A stretch of 64,000 nucleotides of DNA from NCBI GenBank assembly GCA_964637705.1, contig CAZWVM010000001.1, forward strand, positions 29,985 through 93,984, written 5' to 3'. Positions within the stretch are counted from its first letter, which is position 1. Every line of letters begins with the position of its first letter. The notes under the pieces are model-generated. The model was not told the origin of the DNA, did no database searches, and saw only the letters and a list, made by a program, of their open reading frames with translations. Both the position numbers and the translations under genes were made by a program. Source of the stretch: an uncultured bacterium (GTDB lineage: Bacteria > UBA8481). Positions 28,901-43,800 of this stretch are shown here, piece by piece.

Positions 28901-31900
28901 TTGGCGATACCCGCGTGGGTGTTCATGGCGCCCTTGGGTTCCCCGGTCGAACCCGAGGTGTAGATGACGTAGGCCAGGTTCCACGGCTCGAGGCGGCGCG
29001 CCGGCGGCTCGGACGGGAGCTCGGACAGCGCGGCACGCGCGGTATCGAGGGCGATGACCGCTCCGCCGAATCCTTCGGCGGCCTCGGTCACGACGGGCGC
29101 CAGCCGCGACGAGGTCAGGATGACGGTCGGCCTCGCGTCCCGGATCATGAACGCGAGGCGCGGACGAGGCAGATCGGGATCGAGCGGGACATACGCCGCC
29201 GCCGCCTTCAAGGCCCCGTAGAGCGCCTCGACCATCTCGATCGAGCGCTCCAGGGCCACGCCGACGAGCGTCTCCGGGCCGACGCCCAGCGACCGCAGGC
29301 GATGCGCCAGCCGGTTCGCGCGGACATCCAGCTCGCGGTAGGTCATGCTCCCCGCGCCGTCCATCACCAACGCCGGCGCATCCGGCGTTCGCCGGGCCTG
29401 TTCCTCGAAGTGATCGATGATCGTCTTCTCGAGCGGGTAGTCGCGCCGCGTCGCGTTCCACTCCACGAGCACGCGCCGTTCTTCCTCCGCCGTCATCGCG
29501 CTCACGTCGCCGACCGGCGCATCCTCCCGCGCGGCCCTCACCAGCGTCTCCAGCACGGTCTCGAAATGCCGGAGGATCCGGCCTGCATCCGGCGCTCCGA
29601 TCCGTGCCTCGTCGAAGATGACGGCCACGTCGAGACGCGTGCCCGCGGTCACGACGACGCTCAAGGGGTAGTTGGTCCGCTCGAAGACCCCCACGTCCTC
29701 GACGCCGAGCCGACCGCATCGACCTCGGAGCGATTCGTCCACGGGATAGTTTTCGAGCACGACGAGGCTCTCGAAGAGTTCCGAGCCGCGCGGCAAGTCG
29801 GTGAATTCCCTGAGGTGAGCGAGCGGGTCGTGGGCATGGGCCTCGCGCGCGGCTTGCCGGGCCTGGATCGCCGAGAGCCACTCCGGGACCGCCGCGTCCT
29901 CCTCGATGCGCAGCCGGACCGGCACGGTGCCGATGAAGAGCCCGGCCATATCCCCGGAGCCGGAAAGATCCGCGGGCCGGCCCGCGTGGGCCGTGCCGAA
30001 GCAGACGTCGGTGCGGCCGGTCAGGCGCGAGAGGAGCAGGCCCCAGGCCGTGGAGAGGAAGGTGTGAAGCGTCACGCGGCGCGAGCGCGCCAACTCCCTG
30101 ATCTCGGCAAAGAGCCCGGGCGAAAGGGCGGCGCGGATCTCCCCCCTCCGCGACGCGCCTCGTCGCGGCTTCTCGAAGGGCAGCGGGGTCGGCTCGGAGA
30201 AGCCGCCCAGTTCCGCGCGCCAGAACTCCTCGGAGCCCGCGGCATCACGCCGCTCGTGCCAAGCCAGGAAATCGCTGAAGGGACGCACCGGCGGCAATAC
30301 CGGCTCGCGTCGTTCTTCGGCCGCCGCAAGATATTCCATCACGTCCCTCAGGACGTTCGCGAGGCTCCAGCCGTCGAGAAGAACATGGTGGCTGCTCCAG
30401 GTGAAATGCCACCGGTCCTCGGCAAGCCGCGCATCGGCAAGCCGCGCATCGGCAAGCCGCGCATCGGCAAGCCGCGCGAGCGTGAAACGAAGCGGCGGAC
30501 CCGCGGCCAGGTCGAAACCCGCGGCGCGATCCTCCTCCAGGAACGTCTCGATACGCGCGGTCTGCGCCGCCGCGTCGAGGCCGGACCAGTCCTCGTCCCG
30601 CCAGGCCGGCTCGGCATGCTTCAACTCAACGATCACGGGATCCCCGTCCGACGTCCTCCGTATGACCGACCTCAAGGCCGCGTGGCGCCTGATCGCGGCC
30701 TGCCACGCGGAACGGAAGGCCGCGGGATCGAGCGCCCCTTTGAGTCTCATCGCGACCTGGGTGAAATACATGTCCGGCTCCCGGGCCAGGAGCGCATGGA
30801 AGAGAATCCCCTCCTGGGCGGGCGAGAGACGGTCGATCGACTCGACATTGCGCCGGAAGATCGGTTCGGCGAGCAGGCGATCGAGTTCCGACAGGGCGAG
30901 AGGAATGCGGAAATCGGCGGGCGAGTAGCGGCCGGCGCCGGGCGCGCGGCAGGTTGCGACGATCGACGCGAGCGACTGGCGCAGGTCCTCGACCAGCGCC
31001 TCGACCCTCCCGCGGGCAAGAGCGCGCCCGTTGAAGGCGACATCGATCTTCATGTGCCCTCCCGCGAGCACCGCGCTCACCTCCAGCGCGTGGCGGCGGC
31101 GGCGCGACGGGGCGACCGAGAGCCCGGCGAGATCGGGAAGGAACCGGAGTCGGGATCCGGCCGGAAGAAGCGCATCGAGACGACCCAGGTAATTGAAGAC
31201 GACCGCGCCGCGGCGATCCGCACAGCGGCGATCCGCGCAGCGGCAATCCGCGCGGAGCCTCTCCTTGACCGCGATCAGGAAATCCTCGAGCGGGCCGGAG
31301 ACCGGGCCGGAGAGTTCCACGCGGGAGATCGAGGTGAACCAGCCCGTCGTGCGCGTCAGGTCCAGCTCCTCCCCTCCGCGATCACGGCCGTGCCCCTCGA
31401 TCTCGATCGCGTGGCTCCCCCGGCCGGTCCAACGCGTGAGCGCCTCCACGAGCCCGGCCACGATCGTCTCGGGCACCTGCAGGTTGAAAGCCTGCTGAGG
31501 TTCCGCGACGAGCGCGGCCGTGGTCTCGACATCGAGGACGAGGCCGACCTTGTCCTGGTCGCCGAAGGTTCCCGGGTCTCCGAGGAGCTCGCGTTCGTCC
31601 GCTCCGATGCCGCTCGGGGCCGACGCGTCGGAACCGGCCGTCGTCACGGCCCACTCCTGGTACGACGCGGTCCGGTCCGGGAGGCGGATGGCCTCCCCGG
31701 CCAGGACCTGGCGCAGGGCGGTGTCGAGGTCCTCGGCCAGGATGCGCCAGGAGACGCCGTCGATCACGAGATGATGGGCGACCAGGATCAGGCGGCGGGG
31801 CACGCCTTCCCGCTCGACCAGCGCCGCCCGGAAGAGCGGGCCGGTCTCGAGGTTCATCTCCTCGTTGAGCGCGCGCACGCGCGCCGCGGCGACCGGCGCG

Positions 31901-34900
31901 CCGGCCTCCTCGTTCGAGGTCGCGATGAGTTCCAGCCGCGCACCCGCCTCCGCGGCATGCCATTGCCGCCAGCCGTCCTCGGCCGCGGCGAACCTGAGGC
32001 GCAGGCTGTCGTGGTGATCGGCGACCGCCGCGACCGCGGCCCCGAGCGCGGCCGGCGGAACCGCGTCGTCGACCTCGAAGCCGACATGCTGGTTGAAATG
32101 CGCGATCCCCGGCGCGTCATCCTCGAAGAACCAGCGCTGGATCGGCGCCAGGGGCACCGCGCCATCCGGCCGCGCGAAGGCGCACGCGACCGACTTGTCC
32201 CCGCAGGCCGCGGCCAGCTCCGCCACGGTCTGGTGCTTGAAGAGCATGGCGGGGCGAACGTCGAGACCCGCGGTGCGGGCCCGGGCGACGATCCTCATCC
32301 CGAGGATCGAGTCGCCGCCCAGCGCGAAGAAGTTGTCGTGACGCCCGACGCGCTCGAGGCCCAGCGCCTCGCTCCACGCCTCGGCCAGCTGCGCCTCGAC
32401 CTCGGTCCGGGGCGGTTCGTGCTCGTGCCTCCCCTCGTCCCGGCCGGGCTCGGGCAGGGCCTTGCGGTCGATCTTGCCGTTCGGCGTCATGGGAAGCCGT
32501 TCCATCTTCACGAAGACCGGCGGCACCATGAACTCCGGCAAGCTCTTCCGGAGCGCGACCCGAAGATCTCCCGCATCCGCCGATCCGCTGAAGTAGCCGA
32601 CGAGCCGCTTGCCGCCGCCGGACTCCTCCCGCGCATGCACCACGCACTCCGCGACACCCGGCAGGGCGAGAAGGGCGTTCTCGATCTCGCCCAGCTCGAT
32701 CCGGAAACCGCGGATCTTGACCTGGTGATCGAGCCGGCCGAGATACTCGATCTGGCCGTCCGGCCACCAGCGGCCGAGATCCCCCGTGCGATAGGCGCGC
32801 AACGGTTCTCCCGGCGCGATCGTCACGTATCGCTCCGCCGTCAGCTCCGGCCGGTTCCAGTACCCCCTCGTCACGCCCGCGCCCGAGAGGTGGATCTCGC
32901 CCGGCACCCCGATCGGCACGGGCGCGCCCTCGCGATCGAGGATGAAGGCCTTCGTGTTCGCGATCGGTCGCCCGATCGTCTCGCGGCCCCCCGGCACGCG
33001 GCGTGCGAATGTCGAGTAGGTCGTGTCCTCGCCGGGACCGTAGAGGTCGTAGACGTGGCGCACGTGACCGAGCGCGTAGATGCCGTCGGCGAGACGGGCC
33101 TTCAGGGGCTCCCCGGCGAGATTCACGGTGATGACCGAGCGCGGCACGCCTCCCGACCGGAGCAGTTCGGCCATGGCCGAGGGCACGGTGTTGACGAGCG
33201 TGACACGCCCCGCGGCCGGGAGTTCCGGCAGGACCAGCGCATTCTCGGCGAGGATCACGGTCCCGCCGGTGACGAGCGGCAGGAAGATCTCGAAGATCGA
33301 GAGGTCGAAGCAGATCGAGGTCGAGAAGAGCGTGCCGCGGAGTTCCTCGGCCGTGAAGACGGTCCGCGCCCAGGCGAGGAAGGCCACGGTGTTCCGGTGC
33401 TCGATCATGATCCCCTTGGGCCGCCCCGTGGAGCCCGAGGTGTAGATGACGTAGGCGAGGTTTTCCGGCGTGATGCCGGGATCGAGCCGCGTCGCCGGCT
33501 CCCGCGCGATCGCGTCGGACTCCGCGTCGAGCGCCAGGAGGTTCGTGCCCCCGGGCAGGCCGGGCGCGAGATCCGAGCGCGTCACGATGATCTCCATCCG
33601 CGCGTCCTCCGCCACGAAGCGGATCCGCTCGGCCGGGTAGGCCGGGTCCAGCGGCACGTAGGCGCCGCCCGCCTTGAGGATCGCGAGGACCGCCACGACG
33701 AGATCCGCGGTGCGCGGCAGGCAGACGCCGACGAGCGTCTCGGGTCCCACGCCCCGCGCACGCAGGCGGTGCGCAAGGCGGCAGGCCCGAGCCTCGAGGT
33801 CCGCGTAGGTGATCTCGTTGCGGCCGTCGATGAGCGCGGTCTCGTTCGGATGCCGCGCGGCGCACGCCTCCAGGAGATCCATGATCGTCCGGTCTTCCGG
33901 CCAATCCGCCTCGGTCCGGTTCCACTCCACGAGAATCCGCTCCCGTTCCTCCGGCGCCATGAGGTCCATCCGGCCTATCGCCTCGTCCGGGTTCCGCACC
34001 GCCGACTCCAGGAGCCGGACGAGATGGCCGGCCATCCGCCGGATCGTCGCGGCATCGAAGAGATCGAGGGCGTATTCCCACTCGCCCCGGAGCCCCCCGG
34101 GCGTCTCCTCGAAGGAGAGATACATGTCGAACATCGAGCGAGTCCGCTCGGCCTTGAACGGCCGCAGCACGACCTCCTTCATGCGGAGCGAAGCGGGCGG
34201 CGTGTTCTGGAGCGCGAACATCACCTGGAAGAGAGGGCTGTGGGCGAGATTGCGCTCGGGCTGGAGGGCGGAGACCACGGCCTCGAAGGGAAGTTCCTGG
34301 TGCGCGTACGATTCGAGCGTCCCGGTCCGGACCCGCTCGAGAAGGTCGCGGAAGGAGACCGTGCCGTCGAGATCCGCGCGCAGGACGAGCGTATTGACGA
34401 AGAAGCCGACGAGGTTCTCGATCTCCGGCCGGTTGCGATTCGCCACCGGGCAGCCGACGAGAATCGTCTCCTGGCCGCTGTAGCGATGGAGGAGCACCTG
34501 GAAGGCGGCGAGGAGCGTCATGAAGAGCGTGGTGCCGCTCCCGCGGCCGAGCCCGCGCAGACGCTCGAGCAGTTCACCCCCGATCTCGAAGCGCTCCATG
34601 CCGCCCCGGAAGCTCTGCTCCGCTTGGCGCGGCCGGTCCGCCGGCAACTCGAGAACCGAGGGCGCCCCGGCCAGCCTCCGCTTCCAGAAATCCACCTCGG
34701 ACTCGAGACGATCCCCGGAGAACTCCTCCCGCTGCCGCCGCGCGAAACCGGCGTACGTGACGGGAAGTTCGGGCAGGACGGCGGGGCGACGCTCTAGCGA
34801 AGCCGCGTAGAGCTCGGTCAGCTCGCGGAGAAGCACGGCCACGGACCAGCCGTCCGCCGCGATGTGATGGAGGCAGAGGACCAGGGCGTGCCGATCGGTG

Positions 34901-35465
34901 CCGAGGCGGATGAGCGCGGCCCGCATGAGGGGGGCGGAGGCCAGGCTGAAGGGACGCGTCGTGATCTCGCCGACGAGGCGCTCGAGCTCGGACTCGGCGC
35001 CGGACGATCCGGCCAGGTCGATTCTCTCGAGCCGGAACGACGGATCGGGATCCACGACCTGCACCGCCCGGCCCTCGCGAACCTCGAACCTCGTCCGAAG
35101 AGGCTCGTGACGACGGACGATCGCCCGCAGGGCCTCCTCGAGCGCATCCGCATCGAGCGGACCGTCGAGATGCGCGCAGGCCGGGATGTTGTAGGTCGCC
35201 GAGGGTCCCTCGAGCTGGTCGAGGAACCAGAGACGCTGCTGGGAGAAGGAAAGCGGCGCCTCACCGTCGCCTCCCGGGCTCCCGCCGGGCGCGCCCCGGG
35301 GCGCCTCGGCCTTCAACGCGGCGACGAGTTCCTCCTTCGCGCCGGCGAGATGCTGCCGCAGCTCGTCCGTGAGCGCATGTTTCGGCGCGCGCACCCGAAG
35401 ATGCTCGCCCTCGAGCTCGATGAGGACGCCCCGCTCCGCGAGGAGCCGCCGCAGCTCGGACGTCG

Positions 35466-35469
<4 letters not shown>
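19945..35469 (-). CDS. Hybrid NRPS-PKS megasynthase (~5174 aa): Ndock-C-A-T-E / C-A-T / KS-AT-KR-ACP / C-A-T-Cdock
   Basis: The ORF track frame is open to 36018, but a GTG at ~35469 overlaps the upstream PKS stop (GTGA) and is preceded by GGAGGAG. That GTG begins a TubC-like docking domain, VTTSELRRLLAERGVLIELEGEHLRVRAPKHALTDELRQHL. Motifs: LHHIAADGWS (C), YVIYTSGSTGRPKG (A), FFALGGDSILG (T), AHHLVIDGVSW (E), SHHVLLDGWS (C), YVIYTSGSTGEPKG (A), VGGHSLKM (T), IAVIGMACRFPG...GHSGGDFAAACVAGI...TYLVTGGLGGVGRELA...FGRVGGDSLLAV (KS-AT-KR-ACP), LHHIIADGRS (C), YAIYTSGSTGRPKG (A), LGGHSLLAM (T). Confidence 0.85.
23195..23265 (-). repeat. 18-bp tandem repeats encoding the (AAPVAP)n ACP-to-C interdomain linker
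   Basis: ccggcgcaaccggcgcgg / ccggcgcaaccggtgcag; translation AAPVAPAAPVAPAEPVVPAG. Confidence 0.7.
30418..30480 (-). repeat. Perfect in-frame tandem repeat, 15 bp x 4 (CGGCAAGCCGCGCAT), encoding (LADAR)4 in a condensation domain
   Basis: Seen directly: ggcaagccgcgcatcggcaagccgcgcatcggcaagccgcgcatcggcaagccgcgcgag. The translation ARLADARLADARLADARLAED lies just N-terminal to the SHHVLLDGWS core. Confidence 0.9.
30870..32170 (-). other. Epimerization (E) domain following module 1 of the hybrid gene
   Basis: aa ~1100-1530 (real numbering): PIQRWFFEDDAPGIAHFNQ...AHHLVIDGVSWRILAEDL...VVFNYLGRLD. The next C domain (SHHVLLDGWS) has the expected DCL-type position. Confidence 0.7.
31205..31256 (-). 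repeat. Imperfect in-frame tandem repeat, 15 bp x 3 (GCGGCGATCCGCACA / GCGGCGATCCGCGCA / GCGGCAATCCGCGCG), encoding RCADRRCADRR in the E domain
   Basis: Seen directly in the sequence and in the track translation (DCRCADRRCADRRGAVVFNY). Confidence 0.85.
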
Positions 35470-39875
<4,406 letters not shown>

Positions 39876-39886
39876 CGACGCGCCGC

Positions 39887-40834
39887 TCACGGGATCCGCG
39901 TCCACAGGGGATCGAGCGCCGGCAGGGAACCCGAGGCCCGCATCCGTTCCATCCGCCCCGATGCGTCCGGTTCGAAGGCGAGGAGAATGCACGTCCCCTC
40001 CACCTCGAACGTCCTCTCCCCCGAGGGGAAGAGAAGGGCGCCGTCCGTCGCCCTCAGGAGACCGTCCGAGGCCGTGATCGTCATCTCGTTCCCGGTGCCG
40101 ACGGCGCGGTACGTGCCCGCGAAACGCTCCGCGCCCGCGATCCGCGGCGGGCGCGCATCCAGGGGCGGCAGTTCGAGGAAGGCGCAGATCCTGTCAAGGT
40201 GGCTCGCCCAGTCGCCGGCGTCGGTCTCGATCGCCAGGCACGGCATCTCCAAGCGTTGCGCGAGCGTATCGACGAGATCCTGGTAGCGGCGGAAGTATTC
40301 CTCGAGGCCGGGGAGACCCGTGAGCCCGAGCCGCGCCCCGAGCGGCGAGGCGGCGATGCGCGCGGAGAGGAACGGCGCGAACCACTCTCCCCTCTTCTCG
40401 TAGGTCCGGGGTAGCGCCGTCGCGAGGTCCGCATGGCGCAGGAGAACGAGCCTCGGGTCGCAGGGCCTCACGGTCGCGACGACCCGGTCGACGTACTTCG
40501 AAATCTCGTCGAGGGACCGATCGTTGAAGAAGAAAACGTGGAGCGGCGTCTGGAAGAAGGTACTCTCGAAGAGGGTCGTCGCGGTCGCGCCCGGTCCATT
40601 CACGTGGCGCGACCAATTCTCGAGAGCCAGCGCATGAAGCGCCGGGTCGAGCGGTCCGCCGTTGAGCACATCGACGACGCGCGCATGCTCGATGACCGGG
40701 TGCGGCGTCTCGTGCTCGTAGACCCAGCGGGCATCGCGCCCCAGCGAGCGAAGATGGCGGCAGAGGCGATGGGCGGTCGCGGACTTGCCCGTGCCGGGAA
40801 TCCCGTCGATGAAGATGAGCCGCGACGTGGTCAT
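39887..40834 (-). CDS. P-loop NTPase, nucleoside/nucleotide-kinase-like (315 aa), embedded between PKS genes
   Basis: Walker A LIFIDGIPGTGKSATAHRL at the N-terminus; ESTFFQTP and LLRHADLATALPRTYEKRGEWF resemble deoxynucleoside-kinase ERS/lid motifs. ATG at 40834 overlaps the FAAL-PKS stop (ATGA). There is a ~120 aa C-terminal extension with no recognisable motif. Confidence 0.7.
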   Translation of the reverse strand: MTTSRLIFIDGIPGTGKSATAHRLCRHLRSLGRDARWVYEHETPHPVIEHARVVDVLNGGPLDPALHALALENWSRHVNGPGATATTLFESTFFQTPLHVFFFNDRSLDEISKYVDRVVATVRPCDPRLVLLRHADLATALPRTYEKRGEWFAPFLSARIAASPLGARLGLTGLPGLEEYFRRYQDLVDTLAQRLEMPCLAIETDAGDWASHLDRICAFLELPPLDARPPRIAGAERFAGTYRAVGTGNEMTITASDGLLRATDGALLFPSGERTFEVEGTCILLAFEPDASGRMERMRASGSLPALDPLWTRIP

Positions 40835-43800
40835 TCGATCCCCACCAGGCTCTCCAGCCGGCGCAGGCTCTCCTCGAAGCCGTCGCCCCCGGCACGGGCC
40901 GAGGCGGCCGACGGCGCCGCGGCGCGCGGCGCGGGCCGGTCCACCGGGGCTGATGGCGCGATCGCGCCCACGAGATGATCCGCGAGCGCGTTGACGTTCG
41001 GGTAGTTGAAGACGGCAGTCGCGGGAAGGGAACGGCCCATCCCCTTCTCGAGGCGGCGCTTGAACTGCATGGCCGTGATCGAGTCCATGCCCATCGCGAA
41101 GAATCCCGCGTCCCGGTCGAGGTTCTCCGCATCGAGGCGCAGGACATCGGCCAGCGCGGCGGCGAGGTGACGCGCCAGCCGCTCGCGGGCCGCTCCGGGA
41201 TCGAGACCCTCAAGCGCATCCACGAAGGTCGCGCGCGGCGCCGCAGGCGCTATGGGCGCCGCAGGCGCTATGGGCGCCGCGGCCGTAGTCGCGACCGGCT
41301 GAGAACCCAGCCGGCTGAAGAGCGGACGCGAACGACGCGCCTCGTGCACCCCGCGGTAGGTGGCCCAGTCGATCCGCGCCGCGACGATGCGCGGCAGGCG
41401 CGATCCGGCTCGCCGCAGCACCACTTCGACCGCTTCGTCGACGGTCCAGAAAGCCAACCCCATCCGCTCGAGGTTCCCGGCGCCGCCCTCGTGGAGCATG
41501 CCGGCGCCGGAGACCGGGCCGAGCCCGATCGAGACGGTCGGCGCGCCGGCGGCCGAGCGACGAGCCGCGAAGAGGTCGAGGAAGTGGTTCGTCGCGACGT
41601 AGTGCGCCTGCTCCGCCGCGCCCCACGCGGCGACCATCGAAGAGAGGCAGGCGAAGAAATCGAGTGTCCGGCCGCGGGCGAGGCGGTCGAGGTTGAGGGC
41701 GCCGCGCGCCTTGGCGGCGAGAAGCGGTTCCAGGTCCTCGGCCGTCAAGCCGTCGATCCGCCGCTTCCGGCCCGATCCGGCGGCATGGATGATACCGCGG
41801 AGCGGCGGCAAGCCGTCCAGCGCCTGCTCCAGCGTCGCGACGATCGCCGTGTCGCCCACGTCCGCGGCCCGCACCGCGACGCGCGCGCCCAGCGCCTCGA
41901 TCGCCTCCACCGCCGCGCGACGTTCCGCCGTGGCGGCCCCGGTGCGACCGACGAGGAGGAGCTGACTCGCGCCCCGCCGGGCGAGACCGCGCGCCAGCCC
42001 GAGCCCCAGGCCGCCGAGGCCGCCCGTGACGAGGTAGGTCGCATCGCGGCGGATCGCGACCGGACGCGTATCCGGAACGCCCGGCTCGATCCGAGCCCCG
42101 TGCCGCGCGCCGGCGCGATACGCGATCTCCTCCTCGTCATCCCCCGAGCCGAGCTCGGCGATGATCTCGTTCGCACCGGCCTCGGCATCGAGGTCTACGA
42201 GCCGGACGACGACATCGGGATGCTCGAGAGGTATGTTGCGCCCGAGACCCCAGAGCCAGGACTGGCTCAAACCCGCGACGCGGTCGTCCGGCCGAACCTG
42301 CTGGGCATCGCGGGTCACGATGAGGAGCCGTGCGCCGTCCGGTCGTCCGGTCATTGCCTTCGCGAGTCCGGCCACGCGGAGGAAATCCTCTCCGCAAGGT
42401 TCAGGATCCCCGCCGCGATCCGGCGCGAGGAGGATCGCCGCAGTCGCATCCGCCGCCCTCGACTCGTCGAGGACGATCCCGCCGCGCGCCTCGATGAGCG
42501 CCGCGAGTTCGTTGCGCAGGGCTTCGCCCGCACCCGAGATCAGGCACGCTCCGGGAGCACGTTCCGGCCGCGATGCCGCCACCGCGGGCCACGCGACCGA
42601 AGAAAGGTTGTCGGAGGCTTCGTGCGGGCGGGGAACGGCAGCCGGTCCCTCGCCCCGTATCCAGTAGCGCCTCCGCTGGAACGGGTAGGTCGGCAGGGCG
42701 ATGCGTCGTCCGCCGCTCGCGCGGAGCAAGGCCGCATCGTCGATCGCGATGCCTCCGGCGAAGAGCGCGCCGAGCGCCAGGCGGATCTGCCGCGCCGCCG
42801 GTCGCTCGCGGTCGAGTGAGGCCGCCCGGCAGCGCCCCGTCCGCCCCACGTTCTCCTCGGCGATCCCGAGGAGCGTCGGGTGAGGTCCGATCTCGAGGAA
42901 GACCCGGTGACCGGCGCCGTCGAGCGCGCGCAGGTTCTCGCCGAAGCGCACCGTCTCGCGGAAGTGACGCACCCAGTACCCGGCCGTCGTCACCTCGTCG
43001 CCCGCCGCGCCCCCGCTCACGTTCGACATCAGGGGGATCCTCGGCCTCGAGAACCGGACGCCTCCCGCGAAGCGTTCGAACGCGGCCAGGATCGGTTCGA
43101 CGAGCGGCGAGTGGGCCGCGACCGGGATCTCGAGCCTCGTGCACTTGAGGCCGCGCGCCGCGAGCTTCGCGATCGCGGACTCGAGCGCGGCGCGCCGGCC
43201 CGAGAGGATCGTGTTGACCGGCGAGTTCGAGACCGCGACGGCGAGGTCCTCACCCTCCGGTATCGCCTCCCGGACCACCGCCTCGTCCGCCATGACCGCG
43301 GCCATGGCACCGTCGGGCGGCAGCGTCTGCATCAGGCGGCCGCGCTCGGCGACGAGCGCCAATCCGTCTTCGAAGGTCATCACGCCGGCCGCGCAGGCCG
43401 CCGCGTACTCGCCGGCGCTGTGCCCCGCGACGGCCGCGGGCCGCACGCCCCAGGAGCCCCAGAGCTCGGTCAGCGCGTACTGGAGGGCGAAGAGCGCGGG
43501 CTGGGACCAGTCCATGCGCTTCAGGCGATCGGTATCGCGATAGAGCGCGTCGCAGAGCGAGGCGTCGAGGAGCGGCCGCAGGATCGCGTCGCACCGGTCG
43601 ATCGTGCGGCGGAACACGGGCTCGCGCTCGTAAAGGTCGGCACCCATCCCCGGGTAGATCGAACCGTGGCCTGTGTAGAGGAAGACGACGCCGGGATCGC
43701 CCGGGAGAACCTCTCCCGTGACCAGCCCCTCGTGCTCCTCGCCCCGTGCCGCCGCCTCGAGCGCCGCCGCCATCGAGGCCGCGTTCTCCGCGACGACACC

